The notes under the pieces were generated by a model. That model worked only from the letters and a program-made list of their open reading frames with translations, ran no database searches and was not told the origin of the DNA. This document shows positions 1 to 8,903 of a DNA stretch of 39,631 nucleotides, one piece after another; within the stretch, counting starts at the first letter, position 1; the number at the start of each line of letters is the position of its first letter. The DNA comes from Coleofasciculus sp. B1-GNL1-01. Its GTDB lineage: Bacteria; Cyanobacteriota; Cyanobacteriia; Cyanobacteriales; Coleofasciculaceae. The position numbers were made by a program, and so were the translations under genes. The stretch lies in assembly GCA_040220235.1 (NCBI GenBank), contig JAVJTO010000057.1, one strand, 5' to 3'.

Positions 1-141
1 GGACGCGGAGTAAGACCAATAGAGGGCAACCTCTGGAGGCATCGGCGAATGAAGCGGGAAATCCCAAAGACGAATAAGACCGTCCTTGTTTTTAAGGAGT
101 TGGAAGCTCCAACTTCAGCAAAGCAAGTTGGGGTACTTCAC
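1..141 (+). mobile_element. Right end / omegaRNA region of an IS200/IS605-family (tnpB) element, truncated by the window start
   Basis: GAAG (103-106), hairpin ctccaactt/aagttgggg (107-133), then TCAC (138-141), which is the typical IS200/IS605 right-end layout. GNRA hairpin agagg-gcaa-cctct at 21-34. Confidence 0.7.
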
Positions 142-183
142 GTCCAGTCATCTTGGCTCTCGACAGACTTGGGTTGCTTGTAA
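1..183 (+). CDS. tnpB: Probable C-terminal tail of a TnpB ORF (partial)
   Basis: Frame 1 is open from base 1 to TAA 181-183: GRGVRP...MKRE...EAPTSAKQVGVLH..., resembling TnpB tails that read through the IS right end. No catalytic motifs lie inside the window. Confidence 0.45.
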   Translation, partial: GRGVRPIEGNLWRHRRMKREIPKTNKTVLVFKELEAPTSAKQVGVLHVQSSWLSTDLGCL

Positions 184-443
184 ACATGACCCTGGCTGTG
201 GATATGACGGGTTAACTCAAATAACTGTTCTTCTGTCAAATTCCACTGCTGGAGAATCCGTTCAAGCCCCTGTTGAATCTCTCTAGCGCCAGGAAACCGA
301 GAATAACGAATCCGTAATCGCGCCAATTCTGTCAACTGGTAATCCGTCGGATCTGCTGTGATTTCCAAGAGACGATCCACTAGAGCGCGATCGCTCTTTT
401 CTTGGGGATGTTGTTGGTCTTTGTTTTCTAAGATTGATGACAT
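138..443 (-). CDS. DUF3288 family protein (conserved cyanobacterial protein)
   Basis: Motifs KDQQHPQ...DR, ELARLRIRY.GFPGA-like, W.LTEE.LF..TR.IH, C-terminal DW. Confidence 0.85.
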   Translation of the reverse strand: MSSILENKDQQHPQEKSDRALVDRLLEITADPTDYQLTELARLRIRYSRFPGAREIQQGLERILQQWNLTEEQLFELTRHIHSQGHVYKQPKSVESQDDWT

Positions 444-814
444 AGTTGTACTTGACTTTTTTGCCGTTATTCTTTATATGTCCGGTTTAAATTACCCGCA
501 AATGTTACAGAGTTTGAAGTTCTGTAACTTAATGCTCAAACAGATGAGAGTGCTGCGGTAAACTAAGCCTTAATCCATTGTCTGTTTTACCGCGATCGGC
601 GAGAATACTCCTGTCATAATCGTTGATTAGACGGCGAGAGCGATCGCCCGTGTGTGAGCAGATCCATCTGCAATAATAGATTGCGTACTGTCACAGAACC
701 TACCGTTAACTTGAATAAGGGATAACGGGGGCTTGTCAAAAGTTGGGACTGTGACCACCTTACCTGAGTCATCAGGTAAACAGTATGCCATTTAGAATCC
801 CTGACTATCCCTAA

Positions 815-1126
<312 letters not shown>

Positions 1127-1267
1127 CGGTGTTTTGAAACCAATCTATATCATTGTAGGGATACAGGGGCATTGGTATTCGAGCTGTCGCTTGCATGGTA
1201 ATGCTTCTGTATCTCTACTAAAAATTGCCAATTTTTCAGTAAATTTGAATACAAAAAGGCAAATTTA

Positions 1268-1293
1268 GTAGGGACACGACATGTTGTGTCCCT
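1268..1293. repeat. GTAG-type REP-like hairpin between psaC and glmS
   Basis: gtagggacacgacatgttgtgtccct, an imperfect palindrome starting with GTAG. Confidence 0.65.
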
Positions 1294-1449
1294 CTGAAAA
1301 ATGAATGAATAAGGTTTTATGAAGAAAAGCTGATCACGGCTAAACCTGGCTTAAGCCATGGTAATGATTCTTGACGTTCCCATGGGTTGCCCTCTAGCCT
1401 ATATCGCATAAGATGTTGAAGGCATCATGTTTGAGGAGGGAGCGGTTCA

Positions 1450-3402
1450 ATGTGTGGAATCGTTGGTTATATCGGCACGCAACCAGCAACAGATATTTTA
1501 ATGGCAGGGTTAGAACGACTCGAATATCGAGGTTATGATTCTGCCGGAGTTGCCACCGTTTGGGAAGGGGAGATTCAGTGCGTTCGCGCTAAAGGCAAAC
1601 TCTACAATTTACGAGAAAAACTGGAACGTACCGACAACCAAGCCCGACTCGGTATTGGACATACCCGTTGGGCAACTCACGGGAAACCTGAAGAATATAA
1701 TGCCCATCCTCATACCGACACCCATCAGCGCGTAGCCGTGGTGCAAAATGGCATCGTGGAAAACTATCGGGAATTACGGGAAGACTTGAAAAAAGGGGGA
1801 CATGAATTCCGTTCTGATACCGATACTGAAGTGATTCCCCACCTGATTGCCGAGTTTCTCCCCGAACCCTCAACCCCGGATTTTCAACACCCGAATGCCT
1901 TTTTAGACGCCGTGCGCCAAGCGGTGAATCAACTCCATGGTGCGTTTGCGATCGCGGTGATTTGTGCTGACTATCCCGATGAACTTATTGTTGCACGACA
2001 ACAGGCTCCTTTGATCCTGGGATTTGGTCAAGGGGAATTCTTCTGTGCCTCCGATACTCCCGCCCTTGTCCCCCACACCCATGCGGTATTGAACCTAGAG
2101 AATGGGGAACTGGCACGGTTAACCCCCCTAGGGGCAGAAGTCTATAACTTTAACGGGGAACGTCTTCGCAAATTCCCCCGTACCCTCAACTGGAATCCCG
2201 TACAAGTCGAGAAACAGGGATTCCGTCATTTCATGCTCAAAGAAATTTTTGAGCAACCGGGTGTAGTGCGAACCTGTTTAGAAGCTTATGTTAGCAGTGA
2301 TTGGTCTGCGGGAGAAAATGATAGCAGTAGTCCAATACCTGATCAAAACCCAGTCGCCGGAGACACCGCATCCACAACCACGCCGATACAATTGGGACTT
2401 CCTGAATCGTTGTATGAAAACTTAGAACACGTCCAGATATTAGCATGTGGTACCAGTTGGCACGCCAGTCTTGTCGGAAAATACCTGATCGAACAACTCG
2501 CCGGAATTCCCACGATGGTACAATATGCCTCAGAATTCCGCTATGCCCCCTCACCTCTAACACGCAATACCCTCACCATTGGCGTTACTCAATCAGGAGA
2601 AACGGCTGATACTTTAGCGGCGTTGGAGATGGAAAAACGACGGCGCACTGGTTTAGGACAAGAGTATCAGCCGCGACTGGTGGGGATTACCAATCGTTCC
2701 GAGAGTTCTCTGGCACATTTAGTCCCGCATATTATTGAGACGTTTGCGGGAATGGAAATTGGTGTTGCGGCAACGAAAACCTTTGTTACTCAATTAGTGG
2801 TATTTTACTGTTTAGCTCTGGATTTAGCCTATCAACGCCAAACCCTATCCCCGTCACGGATTGCCGAAATTATTGCTGGGTTGCGTCAACTTCCCTCCCA
2901 GATTGAGTTAGTGTTATCGCGTCAGGAACATTATCTGGAAGAATTAGCCCATGAGTTTGCCGAAACCCAAGATTTCATCTTTTTAGGGCGCGGGATTAAT
3001 TTTCCCATCGCTTTAGAGGGGGCGTTGAAGCTTAAGGAAGTCAGCTATATTCACGCTGAAGGGTATCCAGCCGGGGAGATGAAACACGGACCTATTGCCC
3101 TCTTAGATGCTAAGGTACCCGTGGTTGCGATCGCAATGCCAGGTACTGTGTATGAAAAGGTGCTATCTAATGCCCAAGAAGCCAAGGCGCGGGATGCGCG
3201 ATTAATTGGCGTGACACCCATGCATGATCCAGAAGCGGCTCAAACCTTTGATATTTTATTATCAGTACCCGTTGTTGAAGAATTACTGTCTCCAATTTTG
3301 GCAGTAATGCCTTTACAACTTTTGGCATATCACATTGCGGCGCGGCGGGGTTTAGATGTGGATCAGCCTAGGAATTTGGCAAAATCAGTCACGGTAGAAT
3401 AA
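1450..3402 (+). CDS. glmS: Glutamine--fructose-6-phosphate transaminase (isomerizing)
   Basis: MCGIVG N-terminus, LEYRGYDSAG, GHTRWATHG, two SIS domains, C-terminal PRNLAKSVTVE; GAGGAGG RBS upstream. Confidence 0.99.
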   Translation: MCGIVGYIGTQPATDILMAGLERLEYRGYDSAGVATVWEGEIQCVRAKGKLYNLREKLERTDNQARLGIGHTRWATHGKPEEYNAHPHTDTHQRVAVVQNGIVENYRELREDLKKGGHEFRSDTDTEVIPHLIAEFLPEPSTPDFQHPNAFLDAVRQAVNQLHGAFAIAVICADYPDELIVARQQAPLILGFGQGEFFCASDTPALVPHTHAVLNLENGELARLTPLGAEVYNFNGERLRKFPRTLNWNPVQVEKQGFRHFMLKEIFEQPGVVRTCLEAYVSSDWSAGENDSSSPIPDQNPVAGDTASTTTPIQLGLPESLYENLEHVQILACGTSWHASLVGKYLIEQLAGIPTMVQYASEFRYAPSPLTRNTLTIGVTQSGETADTLAALEMEKRRRTGLGQEYQPRLVGITNRSESSLAHLVPHIIETFAGMEIGVAATKTFVTQLVVFYCLALDLAYQRQTLSPSRIAEIIAGLRQLPSQIELVLSRQEHYLEELAHEFAETQDFIFLGRGINFPIALEGALKLKEVSYIHAEGYPAGEMKHGPIALLDAKVPVVAIAMPGTVYEKVLSNAQEAKARDARLIGVTPMHDPEAAQTFDILLSVPVVEELLSPILAVMPLQLLAYHIAARRGLDVDQPRNLAKSVTVE

Positions 3403-3536
3403 GTGCCAAATGTTATGTTCCAGGGGTATTGGCTCATCTTCAAGGACATAAGGTACAACCCTTTCCGACTGAGTTGCGTTCTATCATGTCTAGGAAGAGC
3501 GAAATTACCCCCTTTCGACATTTCGCCCCGATACTT

Positions 3537-4124
3537 CTATTCCTCACTATCGGCAAAATTGACGTTTTCATAAATATCGCTCAAATTGATCTGAAACCCG
3601 ATTGAACGTAATTCGAGAACCGCCTCGGCTGATTCCTGATCACTTAGTAACCATTGACCCTCATGATTTTTGGCATACTGCATCAGATGATGTTTGCTTT
3701 GGTCAATCAAAATATATTCCTTAAACTCCGGAATCGACCGATAGTAAATAAACTTATCGCCTAAATCATAATTCTTCGTCGATTTGGATAATACCTCAAC
3801 AATCAATGAGGGATTCATCACCGTTGTTGTCCCTGTTCCTGTGTAAATCGGTTCTCCTTCAATAACCATCACATCAGGATAGGTATACTGACGATAACGA
3901 GGTATCCATAACCGTACATCCCCGATATAGATATCGTAATTTTGCCCTCTTAACCCAAACTTCAAGTTTGCGGCAAAATTCAACGCAATCTTATTGTGAT
4001 TCGTCGTCCCCCCCGTAATCGGTACAATTTCCCCATCGCGATATTCATGCTTATACTCCGCTTTCTCTTCTAGTGCTAAATATTCCTCTGGGGTGTAGTA
4101 GCGTTTTTGTGTCTGTAATTGCAT
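3537..4124 (-). CDS. Uma2 family (PD-(D/E)xK) putative endonuclease
   Basis: YTPEEYLALE...KHEYRDGEI, YPDVMV, IVEVLSKST..YD, FKEYILIDQ. Confidence 0.92.
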   Translation of the reverse strand: MQLQTQKRYYTPEEYLALEEKAEYKHEYRDGEIVPITGGTTNHNKIALNFAANLKFGLRGQNYDIYIGDVRLWIPRYRQYTYPDVMVIEGEPIYTGTGTTTVMNPSLIVEVLSKSTKNYDLGDKFIYYRSIPEFKEYILIDQSKHHLMQYAKNHEGQWLLSDQESAEAVLELRSIGFQINLSDIYENVNFADSEE

Positions 4125-4253
4125 AAAAGATACCCGCTATTCCTCTACCTCTAAGATTTTCTTAGCCGAAGTGTGATCATGCTCAATCTTGACTAATGCT
4201 TCCCATCCTAACTTTACTGGGTTTCAAATCGGATGCACGTCTTCGGAACCGTC

Positions 4254-4386
4254 TAAGTAGTCGGACAAAAGAAAACGGCACTGTACTAAGTTTTGTAAAC
4301 AAGCCTCAAACCCTTACGAAGGACGTAGCTTGCTTCTCGCGAAAGCGAGTTCTCCACCGTTAGCTTTTATTGTGTCCACCTACTTA
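4254..4386. mobile_element. MITE with TA-bounded imperfect terminal inverted repeats; partial related copy at about 28500-28563
   Basis: Left end taagtagtcggacaaaagaaaacgg versus right end ccgttagcttttattgtgtccacctactta. The internal gacgtagcttgcttct..agcgagt..ctccaccgtta segment recurs near 28500. Confidence 0.65.
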
Positions 4387-5791
4387 AACCCATTACTTGA
4401 CGATAGTGGGCTTCAAACGGCTGGATGCTTTTAGACGGACGACTACTCATCCATTCACTTTGCTCAAATAATTCCTTCCTTAATTCATCGATATCAATGC
4501 GGGTGATTTTTCCATTTGCAACGACTCGTTCCCCATTTACCCAAACCGTATCCACTACATTCGTCGGACGCCCTAACACCAGTGAAGCGATCGGATCAGT
4601 ACGGGGTAATACAGATAAATTGGTCAAATCATATAAGACTAAATCAGCTTTTTTGCCGATTGTCAATGAACCTAGCTCATCCGCTATATTTAACCCCTTT
4701 GCGCCGCCTAAAGATGCCATCTTAATCGCCTGACGCGGCGTAATCCAGTGGCGATAGTCTAAATCAGTGGTATTGTGCAAAAGTGTGCCAATTTTAATCG
4801 CTTCTAAGACATCTTGGGCATCATTACTCGCTGCACCATCACAGCCAAAGGTAACATTAATTTCTGCTTTCCGGTAGTTCAAAATGGGTGCAATCCCACT
4901 TCCTAAGCGCAAATTACTCAAGGGATTGTGAACCACAGTTGATCGCGTTTGGGCTAAAATCCCAATATCGGCATCATCTAACCAGACACAGTGCGCCAAA
5001 GAGGTGCGCCGACTCAAGTAGCCAAGTTGTTGTAAATGTCTTACCGCACTACAGCCGTATTTTTCTTGCGCTAGTTGCTGCTGTGCTTTTGTTTCCAATA
5101 GATGGGCGTGACGACATAAATTCTCGCGATCGCTTAATTCAATGCAACCCTCAAACAGTTCATCGGAACAGAGTTGTATCCCCGTTGGCGCAACAAGAAT
5201 GTTGATTCCTGATTCAGGATGATGAAATCGCTGCACCACCTCCTGCATAAATGCCAGGATTTCCTCGGTTGATTTATGATAATCATCATGTTCCCGCTTC
5301 ACATCCCCATCGGGAATCCCCTGCGACAGAGATTCATCTTGAATCAAGGGACCAATAAATGCCCGAATTCCAATATCTTGATAAGCCCGAACCGCCGCCG
5401 CAACGGTTTCCATTTCTTTCCCTGGAATTAAGACCAAATGATCGACAACTGTTGTCCCACCCGACAGTAATGTTTCTACGGCTGTCCCTAACGCACTCAA
5501 ATAAACCTGTTCCGGTTCTAAAGGTGTAAACTCATAAAGTTGGGCAATCCACAGTTCTAAAGGTAAGGGCGGAATCAGACCCCGTTGCCACATCTCTGAG
5601 GAGTGAGTGTGGGCATTAATGAAACCGGGGAAAAGCAGTTTATTTTTGCCATCGACTGTAGTATTCCTTTCCCCAGAATTAACAGCAGAATGAGGAACAA
5701 TCGTGGCAATCCGATCTGCCTCAATTTGCACATCGACAGTTGTATAGTCCGGTTCAATCGGGATTAAAACCTGTTTAATTGTACAATTCAC
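4367..5791 (-). CDS. Metal-dependent amidohydrolase (AtzA/TrzN/MTA-SAH deaminase-like)
   Basis: PGFINAHTH, HAHLLET, LAHCVWL, HNPLSNLRLGSG, GCDGAASND. Likely GTG start at 5791; the track's extension to 5962 crosses a REP element. Confidence 0.88.
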   Translation of the reverse strand: MNCTIKQVLIPIEPDYTTVDVQIEADRIATIVPHSAVNSGERNTTVDGKNKLLFPGFINAHTHSSEMWQRGLIPPLPLELWIAQLYEFTPLEPEQVYLSALGTAVETLLSGGTTVVDHLVLIPGKEMETVAAAVRAYQDIGIRAFIGPLIQDESLSQGIPDGDVKREHDDYHKSTEEILAFMQEVVQRFHHPESGINILVAPTGIQLCSDELFEGCIELSDRENLCRHAHLLETKAQQQLAQEKYGCSAVRHLQQLGYLSRRTSLAHCVWLDDADIGILAQTRSTVVHNPLSNLRLGSGIAPILNYRKAEINVTFGCDGAASNDAQDVLEAIKIGTLLHNTTDLDYRHWITPRQAIKMASLGGAKGLNIADELGSLTIGKKADLVLYDLTNLSVLPRTDPIASLVLGRPTNVVDTVWVNGERVVANGKITRIDIDELRKELFEQSEWMSSRPSKSIQPFEAHYRQVMGLSRWTQ

Positions 5792-5818
5792 AGATAAAAC
5801 GTGATAAATCAGTACTTT

Positions 5819-5871
5819 GTTCGTAGTAGGCACTTTAGTGCCAGAAGCGCTAAAGCACTGACGACAAACTC
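5819..5871. repeat. Double-hairpin GTAG REP element (copies at 32374-32426 inverted, 38749-38801, degenerate 37651-37700)
   Basis: gttcgtagtaggcactttagtgccagaagcgctaaagc.ctgac.acaaactc is nearly identical at three loci. Confidence 0.85.
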
Positions 5872-6033
5872 GTAGGCTAAATAGGTTTATTTTATCATAC
5901 TTTTCCGGCAAGTGGGGCAAACAGTCAGTCTTTTGGCAAAGCTTATTAAGTTTTATTACCAATACTTCAACGTATCGTAACGGATCAATCTAAAGCCTGA
6001 GTGATCCGTAACACACCTAAGCTGAGAACGTCC

Positions 6034-6465
6034 ATGAAGCCAACAGCATTTTATTCCAGTTTGCTCATTTCCAGTAGCCTAGCAATCAGCAGTTGCACGA
6101 CAACTACCCAGCCAATTGAACAAGAGTTTATGATTAATACGCCCTTAGGAGAACATGTGGCGATCAATGGCACAAAGATCGAGGTAGAAATTGATGCAAA
6201 TGGCAACGTCGAATGTGAAGTCGAAATGCCGGATGGTCAAGAATATGAACAGACCTTTAATCTCAATGATCAAGTTGCCAGCAGCCACATTGTTTATAAT
6301 GGCTATGTCTTTGAGTGTGAACGGGAAGAAGAGGAATTAGAAATCGACATTCAACGAGTTGGACAAGACAACAGTGAATTTTGGGAACAAAGCATTACTA
6401 TTAGTCAATTCTTAAGCCCTGGTTATGGAGTCGAGTCTGATGACGACAATGACGATGATGATTAA
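6034..6465 (+). CDS. Hypothetical acidic lipoprotein
   Basis: MKPTAFYSSLLISSSLAISSC resembles a lipobox signal; very Glu/Asp rich; ends DDDNDDDD. Confidence 0.7.
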   Translation: MKPTAFYSSLLISSSLAISSCTTTTQPIEQEFMINTPLGEHVAINGTKIEVEIDANGNVECEVEMPDGQEYEQTFNLNDQVASSHIVYNGYVFECEREEEELEIDIQRVGQDNSEFWEQSITISQFLSPGYGVESDDDNDDDD

Positions 6466-6633
6466 ACAACAGGGTGTTAAACATCTCTAGCGGCTTTCAT
6501 CAATTTTTGTAAAATCAAATTCACCTCAACGCCCTAATTTATCAGACCATTAGGGCGATGACTTATCCATTACCCCTTGTGAGTGGATCGAAACTGAGTA
6601 CAATTATTGGGATATCTATCATTCATTACTGCC

Positions 6634-7404
6634 ATGAATCAACCGTTACGTACATTAGGTGTAGCCCCCAATGCTTGGGGAGTGAATGATGCGATCGCGG
6701 ATTTGACTCGCCCCTCCCTAACCCCTCACCCGATTACCCTTACCACCGAAACCAAAAGCCTGCGCCTGGATTTAGTCAAATCTGCCATCCTCATCATCGA
6801 CATGCAAAATGATTTCTGTCATCCTGATGGCTGGTTAGCCCATATTGGCGTAGATGTAACCCCAGCCCGCAACCCAATCGAACCTCTGACAGCCTTGCTT
6901 CCTCAGTTACGAGAGGTTAATGTTCCTGTGATTTGGGTGAACTGGGGAAATCGTCCCGACTTACTTAATATTAGTGCTGGATTGCGTCATGTTTATAATC
7001 CTACAGGTGCAGGAATTGGACTCGGTGATCCCTTGCCCAAAAATGGGGCAAAAGTGCTAACCAAAGATAGTTGGGCAGCGGCAATTGTGGATGGATTAAA
7101 CCACGAACCCGAAGATATTTATATTGACAAATATCGCATGAGTGGCTTCTGGGATACTCCCTTAGACAGTATTTTACGCAATATGGGCAAAACCACTCTT
7201 TTCTTTGCAGGTGTCAACATTGACCAATGTGTCATGGCAACATTACAGGATGCTAATTTTCTGGGATATGATTGCGTGCTACTCAAGGATTGTGCGGCAA
7301 CAACGTCTCCTGATTATTGTTTTAAAGCCACGATTTATAATGTTAATCAGTGTTTTGGGTTTACTAGCGATTCTCAATTACTTCTTAAAGCTTTAAAAGC
7401 GTAA
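6634..7404 (+). CDS. Cysteine hydrolase (isochorismatase family)
   Basis: IIDMQNDF (Asp), DKYRMSGF (Lys), GVNIDQCV (Cys) catalytic triad; ATG 6634 preferred as start. Confidence 0.92.
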   Translation: MNQPLRTLGVAPNAWGVNDAIADLTRPSLTPHPITLTTETKSLRLDLVKSAILIIDMQNDFCHPDGWLAHIGVDVTPARNPIEPLTALLPQLREVNVPVIWVNWGNRPDLLNISAGLRHVYNPTGAGIGLGDPLPKNGAKVLTKDSWAAAIVDGLNHEPEDIYIDKYRMSGFWDTPLDSILRNMGKTTLFFAGVNIDQCVMATLQDANFLGYDCVLLKDCAATTSPDYCFKATIYNVNQCFGFTSDSQLLLKALKA

Positions 7405-7482
7405 ACAATTCAAAATGCAGAGGGCAGAGAGGCAGGGAAAATGGGAAAAGTTAGCAGCTACTAACGATTTGCATCAAAAACG

Positions 7483-7513
7483 AATGACCAATGACCAATG
7501 ACAAATGACAAAT
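7483..7513 (+). repeat. Heptamer short tandem repeat (STRR-like, AATGAC[A/C]); second tract at 8872-8910
   Basis: aatgaccaatgaccaatgacaaatgacaaat. Confidence 0.85.
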
Positions 7514-7530
7514 TACAGGAGAAACTACCT

Positions 7531-7983
7531 ATGGAATCCCGGTGTATGATTCCCGTGATTAAATCCCCCAAGGACTACCAAGCCTATCGCATTAGTCCCC
7601 AGGATAGCAACCGTTTAGCTATTATCTTCGATCCGGCGATCGCGGATTCATCATTAACTGTTTGTGTGGAGATTTTTGATCAAGGCGGCAAAACTCCCCC
7701 GAATCGTCATCAAATTGCTGTAGAAATGTTTTTTATCCTTAAAGGGGAAGGAATTGCCCGGTGTGATGGCAAAAATGTGCCATTTCGGGCAGGAGATAGT
7801 TTGTTAGTGCCACCAACGGGTATTCATGAAATTATAAATACAGGTCAAGGTCGTTTATATGCGTTATGTTTCATGGTTCCTAATGAGGATTTTGTTGAAC
7901 TGATTCGCAGCGGTACACCTGTCAATTTGGATGAGGAAGATTTTCGTGTCTTGGGACGCACTGATGCGGTGGTTCCGTGTTAG
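7531..7983 (+). CDS. Cupin domain protein
   Basis: TPPNRH...EMFFILKGEG...GDSLLVPPTGIHEIIN; AGGAG RBS at 7517 favours ATG 7531. Confidence 0.9.
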   Translation: MESRCMIPVIKSPKDYQAYRISPQDSNRLAIIFDPAIADSSLTVCVEIFDQGGKTPPNRHQIAVEMFFILKGEGIARCDGKNVPFRAGDSLLVPPTGIHEIINTGQGRLYALCFMVPNEDFVELIRSGTPVNLDEEDFRVLGRTDAVVPC

Positions 7984-7997
7984 GAAACAAGGAAATA

Positions 7998-8145
7998 GGG
8001 AAGATGGGGGAGATGAGGGAGATGGGGAAGATGGGGGAGAATTCAAAGCCTCTCTCCTTGCAGGAGAGAGGTTTGGAGAGAGGTTTTCCAAATTCCGTGA
8101 AAAGCAAGGGGGAAAATGGGGGAGATGGGGGAGATGGGGGAGATG
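7998..8145. repeat. 9-mer GGGGAGATG tandem tracts flanking a cctctctcct/aggagagagg hairpin
   Basis: Directly visible; lies between the convergent cupin and ThuA genes. Confidence 0.75.
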
Positions 8146-8160
8146 ATTACCAATGAACAA

Positions 8161-8832
8161 TTAAAGACTTGCCCAGTAAATGGAATTGGTAATAACGCGC
8201 AATACATTAGGCTGATAATAAGTAGGATAAAGTTCGTCGCCAGGACGAAAGTAAAAAATTTTACCTTTGCCTCGGTGAAAACAACAGCCACTGCGAAAGA
8301 CTTCACCCCCCTCAAACCAACTGATAAACACTAAACTATCGGGATTAGGAATATCAAAAAACTCGCCGTACATTTCCTCAGCCACCAGTTCAAAGGACTC
8401 GTCTAAACCTGCGGCAATCGGATGGGATGGATCAACAAGCCAAAGTCGTTCTTTTTCGCCATCATTACGCCATTTGAGACTACATGACGTACCCATCAGC
8501 CGTTTAAAAATTTTGGAAAAGTGACCCGAATGCAATACAATTAGACCCATGCCAGACAAAACGCGCTGATGGACTTTATTCACAATAGCGTCTTGTACTT
8601 GGTCATGGGCAATGTGTCCCCACCAGATTAAAACATCGGTTTGGTTGAGGATAGCATCAGTTAATCCATGATCAGGTTGGTCTAATGTGGCAGTTTTAAC
8701 CGTTAATCCAGAGGATTGCAAATGTTGCGCGATCGCGTGATGAATTCCATCAGGATAAATCTTGGCAACCTCAGGTTTTTGTTTTTCCACTTGATACTCA
8801 TTCCAGACGGTAACGCGAGGATTGGCTGTCAT
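8161..8832 (-). CDS. thuA: ThuA domain (trehalose utilization) protein
   Basis: [57 protein letters not shown]. Confidence 0.9.
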   Translation of the reverse strand: MTANPRVTVWNEYQVEKQKPEVAKIYPDGIHHAIAQHLQSSGLTVKTATLDQPDHGLTDAILNQTDVLIWWGHIAHDQVQDAIVNKVHQRVLSGMGLIVLHSGHFSKIFKRLMGTSCSLKWRNDGEKERLWLVDPSHPIAAGLDESFELVAEEMYGEFFDIPNPDSLVFISWFEGGEVFRSGCCFHRGKGKIFYFRPGDELYPTYYQPNVLRVITNSIYWASL

Positions 8833-8903
8833 ATTATAAATAAACCATTCTTTGTTTTAATTATGCCGACAACAAATGACAAATGACAAATAACAAATGA
8901 CAA

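Noticed and set aside
504..528. GTTACAGA-N9-TCTGTAAC dyad between DUF3288 and psaC as a regulator site
   Set aside because: It adjoins an atgtccggtt repeat end and may be MITE debris; it cannot be assigned
1294..1449. glmS ribozyme upstream of glmS
   Set aside because: No recognisable ribozyme core; the element is mainly known from Firmicutes
5963..6633. NtcA box for the hydrolase cluster
   Set aside because: No GTA-N8-TAC match found by eye
6634..7404. Specific call as biuret/triuret hydrolase or RutB
   Set aside because: The active-site motif GVNIDQCV differs from those I recall for these enzymes; only the family level is supportable
7864..8334. Several short overlapping ORFs
   Set aside because: Translations of G/A-rich tandem repeats or antisense to thuA
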